From Pirellulales bacterium (GTDB lineage: Bacteria; Planctomycetota; Planctomycetia; Pirellulales; JAICIG01), in NCBI GenBank assembly GCA_040901675.1, contig JBBDYJ010000025.1, positions 287,943-351,942 on the forward strand: 64,000 bases of DNA, read 5' to 3'. This document shows positions 21,121-31,676 of this stretch, in pieces. The notes under the pieces are model-generated. The model had not been told where the DNA came from, did no database searches, and saw nothing but the letters and a program-made list of their open reading frames with translations. Position 1 is the first letter of the stretch, and each line of letters opens with the position of its first letter. The position numbers were made by a program, and so were the translations under genes.

Positions 21121-21353
21121 AGGCAAAAGGAGGAAGGCAGAAGGAGGTCGGAAGGTCAGAAGTCAGAAATCGGCGGGTGGCTGGCGGCAAAGCGCTAGCG
21201 TGCCCCAGTCTTCGTCCCTTTCCCCTCATCGCCTCATCGGCCTTTCGCCCCTTCCTCTTCCCCCCGGTTCCCGGTTTGCCCCGCTCAGCCAAAACGTCTA
21301 AAATCTTCTACTCACGAGCAGTTCCGGCCGGATAAAAGATGGGAGCAGTTGCC

Positions 21354-22232
21354 ATGCAGTTCACAAAAATGCAGGGAGCCGGCAACGACTATATTTACCT
21401 CGATTGCTTTCGCGAGGCACTCTCCGAGCCGCCCGCGGAGCTGGCCAGGCGGATCGCCGATCGGCACTTTGGAGTGGGCGCCGACGGACTGATCCTGATC
21501 GCCCCCTCGGAGGTGGCCGACGCGCGGATGCGGATGTTCAACGCCGACGGCTCGGAGGCCGAGATGTGCGGCAATGGAGTCCGCTGCCTGGCCAAGTACA
21601 TCCACGATCACGGCTTGAGCGACAAGGAAACGCTCAAAATCGAAACCGGCGCCGGCGTATTGTCGCTCGACCTGGAAGTCGTCGACGGCCTGGTCGAGCG
21701 CGTCCGCGTCGACATGGGCGAGCCAATCCTCGAAGCATCCCGGATCCCCACCACGCTGCCGGGAAATCCCGTGGTCGATGCCCGCCTGGAGGTCGACGGC
21801 CGCGAGCTGGCACTTACCTGCGTTTCCATGGGCAACCCGCACGCGGTCGCCTACCTGGACGAGCTGTCCGACGAGTGGGTGCTGGGAGTTGGCCCCAAGC
21901 TGGAGGCGCACCGCGCTTTTCCCCGGCGGGTGAATGCCGAGTTCGTCCACGTCGTCTCGCCCGATGAAGTGCACGTCCGCGTCTGGGAGCGCGGCAGCGG
22001 CGAGACGCTCGCCTGCGGCACCGGCGCTTGTGCCGTCTGCGTGGCCGGCGTGCTCTCCCGACGCACCGGCCGCAAGCTGCTGGCGCACCTGCCCGGCGGA
22101 GACCTCCAACTGGAGTGGGCCGAGAACAATCACGTTTACCTGACCGGGCCGGCCGTCGAGGTCTTTTCCGGCGATTGGCCCAGGCAGACCGCTGGCCGGC
22201 CGGCGCCGTCCATTCATTCCGCGGCCCGCTGA
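21354..22232 (+). CDS. dapF: Diaminopimelate epimerase
   Basis: [43 protein letters not shown]. Confidence 0.96.
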   Translation: MQFTKMQGAGNDYIYLDCFREALSEPPAELARRIADRHFGVGADGLILIAPSEVADARMRMFNADGSEAEMCGNGVRCLAKYIHDHGLSDKETLKIETGAGVLSLDLEVVDGLVERVRVDMGEPILEASRIPTTLPGNPVVDARLEVDGRELALTCVSMGNPHAVAYLDELSDEWVLGVGPKLEAHRAFPRRVNAEFVHVVSPDEVHVRVWERGSGETLACGTGACAVCVAGVLSRRTGRKLLAHLPGGDLQLEWAENNHVYLTGPAVEVFSGDWPRQTAGRPAPSIHSAAR

Positions 22233-22277
22233 CAACACGCCGGCGATGGTCCGCTAAGAAAGGCAAGGAAGCCTGTC

Positions 22278-23120
22278 ATGAAACTTCGCAGCCCCACGTT
22301 AGTCAAAGCCGGCGGCCTGTTGGGCGCCGCCGCGATTCGGGCCTGGATGTCGACGCTCGACTACCGGGTGGCATACTACGATCCGGCCGTCGACCCGGTG
22401 CACTCCGACTACGCGGGCCCGAAGATCTACATCTTCTGGCACGAGTACATCCTGTTTCCGATTTTCCTCCGCGGTCACTGTAACCTGGCGATGCTCTTGA
22501 GCCGCCACGCCGACGCCGAAATGCTCGCGCGGGCCGCCTATCACCTCGGCTTCGACTGCGTGCGCGGATCCACCGCCCGGGGCGGCGCCACCGCCCTGCG
22601 AAAGCTCTTGGAAGCGAGCCGCGGCATGAACCTGACCATAACGCCCGATGGCCCTCGCGGCCCGCGGCGCCAGTTGGCGGCCGGCAGCATCTGGCTGGCG
22701 AGCAAGCTGGGCCTGCCGCTGGTGCTCTTGGGCCTGGGCTACGATCGTCCCTGGCGGTTCGGCAGTTGGGACCGCTTTGCCGTGCCGCGCCTGTTTTCTC
22801 GTGCCCGTGCCGTGGTCAGCCCTCCCGTCCTGCTGCCAGGGAACCTGGACCGCGGAGGTCTGGAGCATTACCGTGGCGAGGTCGAGCGCCTGCTGAACCG
22901 CTTGACGTTCGAAGCCGAGGCCTGGGCCGAATCGGGCAGCCGCAAGCTGGCCGAGCAACCGTTGCGGCGTGAGCACCCCCGCCGCCCCTTGCGGACCGAC
23001 GCGCTGCACCATCTCGCCGGACCTCATGATCTACGAGCGCTGGGTTCAGTCGAGCGCGCGTCGGCCGGCATCGCAGGCGGTTCGAGCTTGAACGGCAGTG
23101 CTGCCATGGACAGCCAATAG
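22278..23120 (+). CDS. DUF374 / lysophospholipid acyltransferase-family protein
   Basis: FWHE, S.H.D, VRGS..RGG, ITPDGPRGP, SWDRF.VP..FS. Confidence 0.85.
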   Translation: MKLRSPTLVKAGGLLGAAAIRAWMSTLDYRVAYYDPAVDPVHSDYAGPKIYIFWHEYILFPIFLRGHCNLAMLLSRHADAEMLARAAYHLGFDCVRGSTARGGATALRKLLEASRGMNLTITPDGPRGPRRQLAAGSIWLASKLGLPLVLLGLGYDRPWRFGSWDRFAVPRLFSRARAVVSPPVLLPGNLDRGGLEHYRGEVERLLNRLTFEAEAWAESGSRKLAEQPLRREHPRRPLRTDALHHLAGPHDLRALGSVERASAGIAGGSSLNGSAAMDSQ

Positions 23121-23133
23121 GTTGTCGCATTTT

Positions 23134-23253
23134 CCGCCCCGAAGGGGCCCAACATACCAGCCCAGGGCAGAGCGCAGCGGCGTCAGCCGCAAAGCGCCGC
23201 CCTGGGAACCGTGTCCATCCAGATCCGAAAAAAGCCCTGAAAGGGCGAAACAA
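23134..23253 (+). repeat. REP-like composite palindrome, second copy
   Basis: Shares the ACATACCAGCCCAGGGCAGAGCGCAGCGGCGTCAGCCGC core with 12181-12298. Confidence 0.8.
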
Positions 23254-23454
23254 CGTGGCGTGCCCGTTCGTTGTGCCGCCCAAACCGACCCTCCCATGCC
23301 AGCCGCCCCACGGCCGCGCCATGGGACGGCGCCAGTTCGCCGTTCCCCTTTGCTCCGTGCGTCGGATAGGGCAAAATGCACCGGCGCATCGTGCGACTTC
23401 CAAACTTCCAAACTGGCTGTGAACGCGACCAGTAAGTAAAGCGTTGGATTGATA

Positions 23455-24708
23455 ATGAGCCTCTTTGCTGAACAAGAAGCCCGGCGGGTGCTGTCGGTGG
23501 CGGAATTGACGGCGCAGGTCAAGGATCTCCTGGAGACGAGCTTTCCCTCGGTGTGGGTCGGCGGCGAGATCTCGAACCTTTCGCGCCCCCAGTCGGGGCA
23601 CTGCTACCTCACGCTCAAGGACGACCGGGCGCAACTGCGGGCCGTGCTGTGGCGCACCGCGGCCGAGCGGCTGCGGTTCGACCTCCAGGACGGCCTGGAA
23701 GTGGTCTGCCAAGGGGACCTGGAGCTGTATGCCCCCCGCGGCACGTACCAGTTGGTCATCCGCCATATCGAGCCTCGCGGGATCGGCGAACTGGAGCTGG
23801 CGCTGCGGAAGCTCCGCGAGAAGCTGGCCGCCGAAGGGTTGTTCGACCCGGCGCGCAAACGGCCGCTGCCACGCTTCCCTCGCAGGATCGCCTTTGTCAC
23901 CAGTCCCAGCGGCGCCGCGATCCGCGACTTCCTCGAAGTGCTCCGACGGCGGTGGCGCGGCGCCGACGTGCTGATTGTGCCGGTCCGCGTGCAGGGCGCG
24001 GGGGCCGCAGCAGAAATCGCCGCGGGCATCCGGCTGGTACACCGCCTGGCCGACCCGGTCGACGTGCTGGTGGTCGGACGCGGCGGCGGCAGCCTGGAAG
24101 ACCTGTGGGCCTTCAACGAGGAAGTCGTGGTGCGGGCGATCCATGGCTCGCGCATCCCGGTGGTCTCGGCCGTGGGACATGAGATCGACGTCACGCTGGC
24201 CGACCTGGTGGCCGACGTGCGGGCGCTGACCCCCAGCGAAGCGGCCGAACGCGTGGTGCCGGCCTCCGACGACATTGCGGCCGCCTTGCGGTCGCACCAG
24301 CAGCGGCTGTTGTCGGCCCTCGGCCGGCGAGCCACCCTAATCCGGTCGCGCCTCGACTGGCTGGCGCAACGGCGGGCACTGGCCCGGCCGCTGCAGCGAA
24401 TCCGGGACCTCGAGCGGCGCCTGGACGAGCTTTCGAGCCGCTCCGCCAGGGCCGTGCGCAGGCGCTGGCAAGACGGCCGGCGGCGGGCCGACGCGGGTGC
24501 GGCCCGGCTCGAGTCGCTCAGCCCGCTGGCGGTTTTGGGCCGCGGCTACAGCCTGACCCACCGGCTGGCCGACGGCAGCCTGGTCCGGGATGCCAGCCAG
24601 TTGACGGCCGGCGAGCGGCTTGTAACCAGGTTCGACCGAGGGCGAGCCGTCAGCCGGGTGGAAGAGATAATGGAAGAGATAGAGCCTGACGGTATCGGAG
24701 AGACCTAA
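23455..24708 (+). CDS. xseA: Exodeoxyribonuclease VII large subunit
   Basis: GEISN...SGHCYLTLKD, TSPSGAAIRD, GRGGGSLEDLWAFNEE, GHEID..LAD.VAD.RA.TPS. Confidence 0.96.
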   Translation: MSLFAEQEARRVLSVAELTAQVKDLLETSFPSVWVGGEISNLSRPQSGHCYLTLKDDRAQLRAVLWRTAAERLRFDLQDGLEVVCQGDLELYAPRGTYQLVIRHIEPRGIGELELALRKLREKLAAEGLFDPARKRPLPRFPRRIAFVTSPSGAAIRDFLEVLRRRWRGADVLIVPVRVQGAGAAAEIAAGIRLVHRLADPVDVLVVGRGGGSLEDLWAFNEEVVVRAIHGSRIPVVSAVGHEIDVTLADLVADVRALTPSEAAERVVPASDDIAAALRSHQQRLLSALGRRATLIRSRLDWLAQRRALARPLQRIRDLERRLDELSSRSARAVRRRWQDGRRRADAGAARLESLSPLAVLGRGYSLTHRLADGSLVRDASQLTAGERLVTRFDRGRAVSRVEEIMEEIEPDGIGET

Positions 24709-24740
24709 TCTGGACTGGAACGTCCAGCTCCTGGATTCGA

Positions 24741-25124
24741 TCAGCGTTCGAGCAGATCCTGATCCTGGAGAATCCGGCGAGGCCTAAGAGGAAAGTGAGG
24801 CGACATCTGAGCCCCCGCCAGGATTTTTCCGAGCGTCTCGTTGGAGACCGGATTCTGGGGCTTGAGCTTCCGTTTCTTGACGAGCTTGTCCAGATCACGC
24901 TCCGATGCGACGCGCGCATCGCGATACCTGACAGACGTCTTGTGCCTCACCCAGGGATGATCTCCAGGATCCAGGATGCAGGAGTCGTCTTTTTCCGGGC
25001 TGTCGTGCGATGTCAGATTGACAATCACCACCTGCTCATCATCCTTGCCTGGATCGGAAATCACGACCCAGAGGTGCGGATCGATCTTGCTGTCTTCAAG
25101 CAAAAAGGCATCGCCGATTTCCAC
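24741..25124 (-). CDS. Putative toxin (PemK/MazF-like fold suspected)
   Basis: 4 nt downstream of the Panacea gene; HLWVVIS...VVIVNLTS...DHPWV..SV.Y pattern. Confidence 0.55.
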   Translation of the reverse strand: MEIGDAFLLEDSKIDPHLWVVISDPGKDDEQVVIVNLTSHDSPEKDDSCILDPGDHPWVRHKTSVRYRDARVASERDLDKLVKKRKLKPQNPVSNETLGKILAGAQMSPHFPLRPRRILQDQDLLER

Positions 25125-25128
25125 GGGA

Positions 25129-25680
25129 TTACCTGCCGAAGACCCGATCGAAGACGCTCATTTCCGTCGCATCTCGCAGAATGGCATCGATGTCGTCGGA
25201 TCGGCCAACGGCTGCAATCACGTCCTCGAGGGGAATCGTCCGCGAAGAACCTGCGGCAGGCTCGTTCTGGATGAACTCCGGAAACTCGTGAGTATGGCGG
25301 CCGACGGCCCATTCGTCGTCGTCCTCGAAGCGACGGCTGATCCGTTCGAGCAACTCGATCTCGTATCTGGAGAGTTCGCCGTTCCCCGGATCGCAAAGCA
25401 TCTCGATGTCGTAATGCTCGGTCCGGAAGTGGCTGTACCACTGAGGCGACTCGACGTCGCGCCCCTTGATCAAATCCAGGATCGTGCTATGCAACGGTCC
25501 CCGTTCCATCGCCACCATCCGCCCGCCAATGATCGGCCGGCCTGTCTCCTTGATGCTGTCTCGATCCGCGATATAGAGCAACTTAAGGAGGCGGTAATAG
25601 TTCATCCGCCTGGCGGGCGACAGCCGAAGCAGGGTGCCCACCACTTGAGCAGCTTTCTTGTAATGGAAAGGAAACACCAT
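25129..25680 (-). CDS. Panacea (DUF4065/SocA-like) antitoxin
   Basis: LLKLLYIADR...G.PI.G...AMERGPL...THEFPE; GGGAGGT RBS. Confidence 0.8.
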   Translation of the reverse strand: MVFPFHYKKAAQVVGTLLRLSPARRMNYYRLLKLLYIADRDSIKETGRPIIGGRMVAMERGPLHSTILDLIKGRDVESPQWYSHFRTEHYDIEMLCDPGNGELSRYEIELLERISRRFEDDDEWAVGRHTHEFPEFIQNEPAAGSSRTIPLEDVIAAVGRSDDIDAILRDATEMSVFDRVFGR

Positions 25681-25787
25681 GCGGCTTACCTCCCGCGCGA
25701 AATATGGGACTGGCCTGGATTGTATTGTACATCGCCACGGTTTGTGTTCAACTGTATAGTACGTGCCGCGTACGAGGACCTTTCAGG

Positions 25788-25852
25788 GTAGCAGGACTCG
25801 CCAGAGTTCTGGTGCATGGGATCGCGGGCCGAATTCTGGCGAATCCGGCTAC
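25788..25852. repeat. Inverted doublet of GTAG-type REP (GTAGCCGGATTCGCCAGAATTCGG)
   Basis: GTAG plus hairpin; other copies at 33272-33371, 36825-36888, 37118-37220 and 48327-48351. Confidence 0.8.
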
Positions 25853-25930
25853 CAAGGTGGCCCCACTTAAAGGACACCGCTGGGAGCGAGCCGCGGCTTA
25901 CTGCCTCTGACACGCCCGGGGATCACACGC

Positions 25931-26317
25931 TTGCCTAACGAGAACAAACCGCAACAGGCCCCCTGCCCGCCCAGCTTCGAGGAGGCGCTGGCCCGGCTGG
26001 AGGCGATCGTCGAGTTGCTCGAAGAGGGCGAGATCGGCCTGGCCGATGCACTGGCGCGGTACGAGGAAGGCGTTGCGCTGCTCAAGCAGTGCTACGGCCT
26101 GCTGGAGCACGCCGAGCGGCGGATCGAGCTGCTGAGCGGCGTCGATGCTCAGGGCAACCCCATCACGGCGCCATTCGACGATTCCGCATCACTGGATGCT
26201 GACCCAAAGGGCCCGTCGGCCACCCGGCGGAGGGCCGCCGCGGCCGGCCGGCCGAAGCCGCGGATCGAGCCGCCGGCCCCCCAGGCCGACATAGACGCGG
26301 ACCGGGGCCTGTTTTAG
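25931..26317 (+). CDS. xseB: Exodeoxyribonuclease VII small subunit
   Basis: SFEEALARLEAIVELLEEG...YEEGVALLKQC..LL..AE.RI; precedes ispA. Confidence 0.92.
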   Translation: MPNENKPQQAPCPPSFEEALARLEAIVELLEEGEIGLADALARYEEGVALLKQCYGLLEHAERRIELLSGVDAQGNPITAPFDDSASLDADPKGPSATRRRAAAAGRPKPRIEPPAPQADIDADRGLF

Positions 26318-26406
26318 AATGGCTGAGGTCGCGGCGCCATGGCGGCGGATAGGGCCGGGTGCTGTCGGCGGGCAGAGCTATCCAATGGCCAAGGTCTTCG
26401 CCGGTG

Positions 26407-27339
26407 ATGGTACAAAGCCCGTCGTCCTCCCTCCAGCGGTACGCGACCGACGTGCGTCCGCGAATCGAGCAGGCATTGGAAGCCTACACCCGCTTCGGAC
26501 CCGGCTGCCCGCAGCCGCTGGCCGAGGCGATCCGCTACAGTTTGTTGGCTCCCGGCAAGCGTTTACGCCCGCTCTTGGTGTTAATGGCCGCCGAGGCCTG
26601 CGGTGGAACAATTGAGCCTTCGCTTCCCGCCGCGTGCGCCGTGGAGATGGTCCACGCCTATTCGCTGGTGCACGACGACCTGCCGGCCATGGACGACGAC
26701 GACCTGCGGCGGGGGCGGCCGACCAGCCACAAGGTGTTCGGCGAGGCAACCGCCATCCTGGCCGGCGATGCGCTGCTCAGCATGGCGTTCGAGGTGCTGG
26801 CCCGCGACACGCGGCCGGCGGAAGTGGCGGCGGCCTGCTGCGCTGCCTTGGCCCAAGCGGCCGGCCCGGCGGCCCTGGTTGGTGGACAGGCCGACGACCT
26901 GGCGGCAGGGGCCGGCAATGCTGCGGCGATGCCGGAAGATAGAGAGGATGTAACGGAGCGGCTGGCGGTGCTCGAATCGATTCATCAGCGTAAGACCGGG
27001 GCGATGTTCCTGGTGTCGTTGAAGTTGGGGGCCTTGACGGCGGGGGGCGACTCGCGGCAGATCAAAGCGCTGGACGAGTATGGCCGGCGGTTGGGGCTGG
27101 CCTTCCAGATCATGGACGACCTGCTGGATGTGAACGGAGACGAGACGGCGATGGGCAAACGCGTTGGCAAGGATGCGGATCGGGGAAAGCTGACTTTTCC
27201 TGCTTTGCTGGGGGCCGGCGAAAGCCGCGCACGGGCCGGGCGGCTGGTCGCCGAGGCCTGCGACGCGCTGGCGCCGCTGGGCCCGCCAGCCGAGGGACTG
27301 GCCATGCTGGCCCGATACGTGGTGGAAAGGGACCGTTGA
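26407..27339 (+). CDS. ispA: Farnesyl/geranylgeranyl diphosphate synthase
   Basis: GKRLRP, HDDLPAMDDDDLRRG, KTG, FQIMDDLLD. Confidence 0.93.
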   Translation: MVQSPSSSLQRYATDVRPRIEQALEAYTRFGPGCPQPLAEAIRYSLLAPGKRLRPLLVLMAAEACGGTIEPSLPAACAVEMVHAYSLVHDDLPAMDDDDLRRGRPTSHKVFGEATAILAGDALLSMAFEVLARDTRPAEVAAACCAALAQAAGPAALVGGQADDLAAGAGNAAAMPEDREDVTERLAVLESIHQRKTGAMFLVSLKLGALTAGGDSRQIKALDEYGRRLGLAFQIMDDLLDVNGDETAMGKRVGKDADRGKLTFPALLGAGESRARAGRLVAEACDALAPLGPPAEGLAMLARYVVERDR

Positions 27340-29252
27340 TGCACGAGTTGCTGTCGAAAATCGAGTCGCCGCGCGACTTGCAGTCGTTCACGCTGGCCGA
27401 GCTGGAGCAACTGGCCGGCGAAATGCGCGAAGCGTTGTGCAACCTGGTGTCCAACCGCACGGCACACTTCGCCTCGAACCTGGGCGTGATCGAGCTGTGC
27501 CTGGCCCTGCACACCAGCTTCGACTTCAGCCGCGATCGCCTGATCTGGGACACGGGACACCAGATCTATCCGCACAAGTTGATCACCGGCCGCTATCACG
27601 AGTTCGGGACGATGCGGATCAAGGGCGGCCTGATGGGCTACCCCAACCCCAACGAGAGCGACTACGACCTGTTCATGACCGGGCACGCCGGCTGCAGCGT
27701 TTCGGCCGTCCTGGGACTGAAGACGGGCGACGATCTTTTGCGCGGCGAGGAGGACCGGCACGCCGTGGCGGTGATCGGCGACGGAGCACTCCCCTCGGGC
27801 ATCGTGTTCGAAGCCTTGAACAACGCCGGCGGCATGAAGAAGCGGCTGCTGGTGATCCTCAACGACAACAAAATGTCGATCTGCCCGCGCGTGGGGGGGC
27901 TGGCCGACTACCTCGACCGCCTGCGGATGAACCCGTTGTACACCGGGCTGAAGCAGGAAGTGGTCAAGGCGCTGGCCCGCGTGCCGCTGCTGGGCGATCC
28001 GGTCGAACGCCTGCTGTGGCAGGCCAAGGAATCGATCAAGGCCGGCCTGCACGGCGGAATGCTGTTCGAGGAGCTGGGCCTGCGCTACATGGGTCCGATC
28101 GACGGCCACAACATCGGGCAGTTGCGCAAATACCTCAAGCTGGTCAAGGACGTCGAGGGGCCGGTCCTGTTGCACGTGGTGACCGAGAAGGGGCACGGTT
28201 TCAAGCCGGCCGCCGAAGACCCCGTGTTCTTTCATACTCCGGCGCCTTTTCAGCGCGATTCCAACGGAGCGGTGTCGGTCAAGAAATCATCGTCGCGCAG
28301 TTACACCAACGTGGCCAGCGAAGCCATCCATGCCGAGATGCAGCGCAGCCCGCGCGTCACCACCTTGACGGCGGCCATGTGCCAGGGGAACAACCTGGAA
28401 AGCGTCCGCAACGACTTCCCCCAGCGGTTCTTCGATACCGGCATTTGCGAGGCGCACGCCGTGGCATTCGCCGCCGGCCAGGCCAAGGCGGGCCTGCGGC
28501 CGATCGTCGACATCTATAGCACCTTCCTGCAGCGGACCTACGATCAGATCTTCCAGGAGGTGACGCTGCAGAACCTGCCGGTCACCTTCATGCTCGACCG
28601 CGCCGGGCTCACCGGCCCCGACGGACCGACGCACCATGGCATGTTCGACCTCGGCTACATGCGGCTGTTGCCCAACATGGTGGTCATGGCCCCGGGCGAC
28701 GAATACGACCTGGCGCCCATGCTCAGCTTTGCACTGGAGCATAACGGTCCGGCCTCGTTGCGCTACCCGAAGGCCGCCAGCGAACGGCACGACCGACCGC
28801 TGGCCCCCATCGAGCTGGGCCGTGCCGAAGTGATCGACTGGGGCCACGACGGCATGTTGATCGCTTGCGGAACACTGTTGGGCAATGCGATCAAGGCGGC
28901 CGTGGCCTTGAGGCAGGAGGGCCTCGACGTGGGCGTGATCAATGCCCGCTTTGTCAAGCCGCTGGATACCGAGACGATCTTGCGGGCCATCGAGTCCTGC
29001 TCGTTCGTGCTCACCGTCGAAGAAGCGGCCCTGATGGGCGGCTTTGGCAGCGCGGTGCTGGAGGCGGCCTCGGATGCCGGCCTGCCGGCGGGCCACGTCG
29101 GCCGGCTGGGCGTACCCGACCGCTTCGTCGAGCATGGCGACCGGGGCGAATTGCTGGCCGACCTGGGACTCGATGCCAAGGGGATCGCCCAGGCCGCCCG
29201 CGCCCAGGCGGCCCGCGTGGCGCTGCCCGGCACCAGCCGCCGCATCAGCTAG
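27339..29252 (+). CDS. dxs: 1-deoxy-D-xylulose-5-phosphate synthase
   Basis: DTGHQ.YPHK.ITGR, GDGA, NDN.MSI, GPIDGH, DRAGL.G.DGPTHHG.FD. Confidence 0.97.
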   Translation: MHELLSKIESPRDLQSFTLAELEQLAGEMREALCNLVSNRTAHFASNLGVIELCLALHTSFDFSRDRLIWDTGHQIYPHKLITGRYHEFGTMRIKGGLMGYPNPNESDYDLFMTGHAGCSVSAVLGLKTGDDLLRGEEDRHAVAVIGDGALPSGIVFEALNNAGGMKKRLLVILNDNKMSICPRVGGLADYLDRLRMNPLYTGLKQEVVKALARVPLLGDPVERLLWQAKESIKAGLHGGMLFEELGLRYMGPIDGHNIGQLRKYLKLVKDVEGPVLLHVVTEKGHGFKPAAEDPVFFHTPAPFQRDSNGAVSVKKSSSRSYTNVASEAIHAEMQRSPRVTTLTAAMCQGNNLESVRNDFPQRFFDTGICEAHAVAFAAGQAKAGLRPIVDIYSTFLQRTYDQIFQEVTLQNLPVTFMLDRAGLTGPDGPTHHGMFDLGYMRLLPNMVVMAPGDEYDLAPMLSFALEHNGPASLRYPKAASERHDRPLAPIELGRAEVIDWGHDGMLIACGTLLGNAIKAAVALRQEGLDVGVINARFVKPLDTETILRAIESCSFVLTVEEAALMGGFGSAVLEAASDAGLPAGHVGRLGVPDRFVEHGDRGELLADLGLDAKGIAQAARAQAARVALPGTSRRIS

Positions 29253-29364
29253 GCGCGGCTTGAAGCGGCCGCGGCTTTGACTCTATGATCTGGCGTATTG
29301 GGTTCGTTCACCTTGTCGCCTTGTCGCTTGGTCCGCCGAAGGCGGATCGCCTTGTCGTGATCCG

Positions 29365-30291
29365 ATGGGTACTTCCACTTATTCGCCAGTCCGCCTGCCC
29401 GGCCGCCCGCGCGTGATGGTGCTGGGATCGGGCGACAGGCCGCACGTGGCGGCTGAGGCCGAGCGGCTGCGCGACGTGATCGAACAGTGCGCCGAGGTGG
29501 TGGCCTGGGACCTGAGTTTCACGGCCGACCTGAGCGGCGTGGATGCGGACCTGGCGATCGTGCTGGGCGGCGACGGCTCGATCCTGCGTGCCGCGCATCA
29601 GATGGGGTATCGCCAGGCGCCGGTTGTCGGCGTCAACCTGGGCAAGCTGGGTTTCCTGGCCGACCTTTCTCCCGCCGACCTGCGAGCACTCATGCCCGAC
29701 ATCTGTGCGGGCCGGTTTCGGGTGGTCGAGCACCTGATGTTCGAGTGTTCGCTTGGGCGGGTTGGGGTATCGGCGGCCGCGGCGCCTGGGCCGCGCAGGG
29801 AGGTTTGGCGGCAACTCGGTTTGAACGAGGTGGCGGTGATGGCAGGCCCGCCGTTTGCCATGCTGGAGGTGCATCTCTACGTTGACTCGGAATTGGTGAC
29901 TACCTATAGTTGCGACGGCCTGATCGTCAGCACTCCCGTCGGCTCGACCGCGCACAGCCTTTCGGCCGGAGGACCGATCCTGCGGAAGGACCTGCAGGCA
30001 TTTGTTATTTCGCCGATCAGCCCGCACGCACTGACCAATCGCCCGGTGGTAGATTCCGCCGAGCGCACCTACGAACTGCTCGTGCCCTGCCCGCACGAGG
30101 GCACTTCGTTGGTGGTCGATGGCCGCGTGCTGGGCAGGCTGCAGGCGGGCGACCGCGTGCGAATCGAGCGGGCCGAACCGAGATTCAAGCTGGTCGAGGT
30201 GCCGGGTCGTGGTTACTACCGGACGCTCCGCGAAAAGCTGGGTTGGGGAGGCAGTTTGCAACTGGGTGGCGATTCCCCGGCTGTAGGGTAG
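29365..30291 (+). CDS. nadK: NAD+ kinase
   Basis: LGGDGSIL, GVNLGKLGFL, LNE, DGLIVSTPVGSTAHSLSAGGP. Confidence 0.94.
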   Translation: MGTSTYSPVRLPGRPRVMVLGSGDRPHVAAEAERLRDVIEQCAEVVAWDLSFTADLSGVDADLAIVLGGDGSILRAAHQMGYRQAPVVGVNLGKLGFLADLSPADLRALMPDICAGRFRVVEHLMFECSLGRVGVSAAAAPGPRREVWRQLGLNEVAVMAGPPFAMLEVHLYVDSELVTTYSCDGLIVSTPVGSTAHSLSAGGPILRKDLQAFVISPISPHALTNRPVVDSAERTYELLVPCPHEGTSLVVDGRVLGRLQAGDRVRIERAEPRFKLVEVPGRGYYRTLREKLGWGGSLQLGGDSPAVG

Positions 30292-30360
30292 GCTTCCAGC
30301 CTGCCAAGTGTCGTAGCGTAGGCTTCCAGCCTGCGAGTAGCGTCGCCTTCCGGCCTGCCG
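30283..30360. repeat. GTAG-type REP cluster (GTAGGCTTCCAGCCTGC)
   Basis: Two near-identical hairpins plus one diverged copy after nadK. Confidence 0.65.
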
Positions 30361-30414
30361 GTGCAGACGAGCCTTGGTCCGCGATGGAGAACTCGAAAGG
30401 AAGCGAGTGACTCG

Positions 30415-31380
30415 ATGAAAACACGGATGTTGCTATCTTGGGCGGCCTGCGCTTGCCTGGCCACGGTTGATCTCCGGGCCGCCGACGAGCCCGCGGCGGC
30501 CGCGACTGCCACCAACCAGGCGGCCGAATCGAGCGGGCAGAAATACCTGCTGCGATACAAGTTCGAGGCGGGCGAGACGATCCGCTGGGAAGTGGTGCAC
30601 CAGGCCCAGATCCGCACCACCGTGTCCGGCACGACGCAAACGGCCGAGACCCTGAGCAAGTCGATCAAGGTCTGGCAAGTGGCCTCGGTCGACGACCAGG
30701 GGCAGGCGGTGTTCGTACACTCGGTCGAGAGCGTCGACATGCGCCAAAAACTGACCGGGCGCCAGGAGGCGCGTTACAACAGCCTCACCGACTCGAGTCC
30801 GCCGGAAGGGTTTGCCGACGTGGCCGACGCCGTGGGCGTTCCATTGGCGACGATCACGCTCGACGCCCTGGGCAACGTCGTCCGCCGCGAGCATCAGCGG
30901 CCCAAGACCAGCGCCAGTGCCGGGATGATCACGGTCCCTCTGCCCGACGAGCCGGTTGCCGTGGGTCACGAATGGCTCTTGCCGTCCGACGTGCAAGTGA
31001 GCCTCAAGCAAGGCGGGTTCAAGAAGATCAAGACGCGCCAGCGGTTCACGCTGCTGGAGGTCCAGGACGGCCTGGCGACGATCCGGATCGAGACGCAGAT
31101 CCTCTCGCCCGTTCGCGACCCCAACATCGAGGCGCAGTTGATTCAGACCGAGTCGAACGGCACGGCCCGCTTCGACATCTCCGCCGGACGGATCGTTTCG
31201 CAGCAGACCGACGTCGACAAGCGGGTGCACGGCGCGCCGAACGAAGCGAGCAGCCTGCACTGTCTGACCCGTTTCACCGAGAAGCTGCTGCCGGCCACCT
31301 CCCAGACGGCCGGTGCCCCGCAGCCCGCCGGCCCCGAGCCTCCGCCGACTGCCTCCTCTCGCCGCCCCAGCGTCCGCTAA
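30415..31380 (+). CDS. Exported hypothetical protein (DUF6263-like)
   Basis: Signal peptide; LRYKF..GE, LPDEPVAVG.EW, G...FD...GR. Confidence 0.7.
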   Translation: MKTRMLLSWAACACLATVDLRAADEPAAAATATNQAAESSGQKYLLRYKFEAGETIRWEVVHQAQIRTTVSGTTQTAETLSKSIKVWQVASVDDQGQAVFVHSVESVDMRQKLTGRQEARYNSLTDSSPPEGFADVADAVGVPLATITLDALGNVVRREHQRPKTSASAGMITVPLPDEPVAVGHEWLLPSDVQVSLKQGGFKKIKTRQRFTLLEVQDGLATIRIETQILSPVRDPNIEAQLIQTESNGTARFDISAGRIVSQQTDVDKRVHGAPNEASSLHCLTRFTEKLLPATSQTAGAPQPAGPEPPPTASSRRPSVR

Positions 31381-31417
31381 ACCTCGCGCGCCCCCATACC
31401 CGCAGCCCGTCGCCACA

Positions 31418-31515
31418 CGAACCCGGCGCGCCAGCGAGGACCGAGCGCTCTCGACGATGATTGCGGTCAGACACCGGGTGCTGCGGCCATACTAACCCGA
31501 CGCGCCAGCGAGGAA
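31418..31515. repeat. AACCCGACGCGCCAGCGAGG repeat family
   Basis: Two copies here and two more at 51473-51522. Confidence 0.65.
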
Positions 31516-31676
31516 GTAGCGTCCTCCACTTCATTGCGGTCATACGCTCGGATGCGCCGGGCATCCGTTTTAATTCCGGCGGACATTTGAAGAGCGATAT
31601 CGCCTTCGGTGTACGGGGGTCTCGGTTACTGGTATCCTGACGACTCCAGTGGACCAGCGAAGGAGGTTCTCGATCC

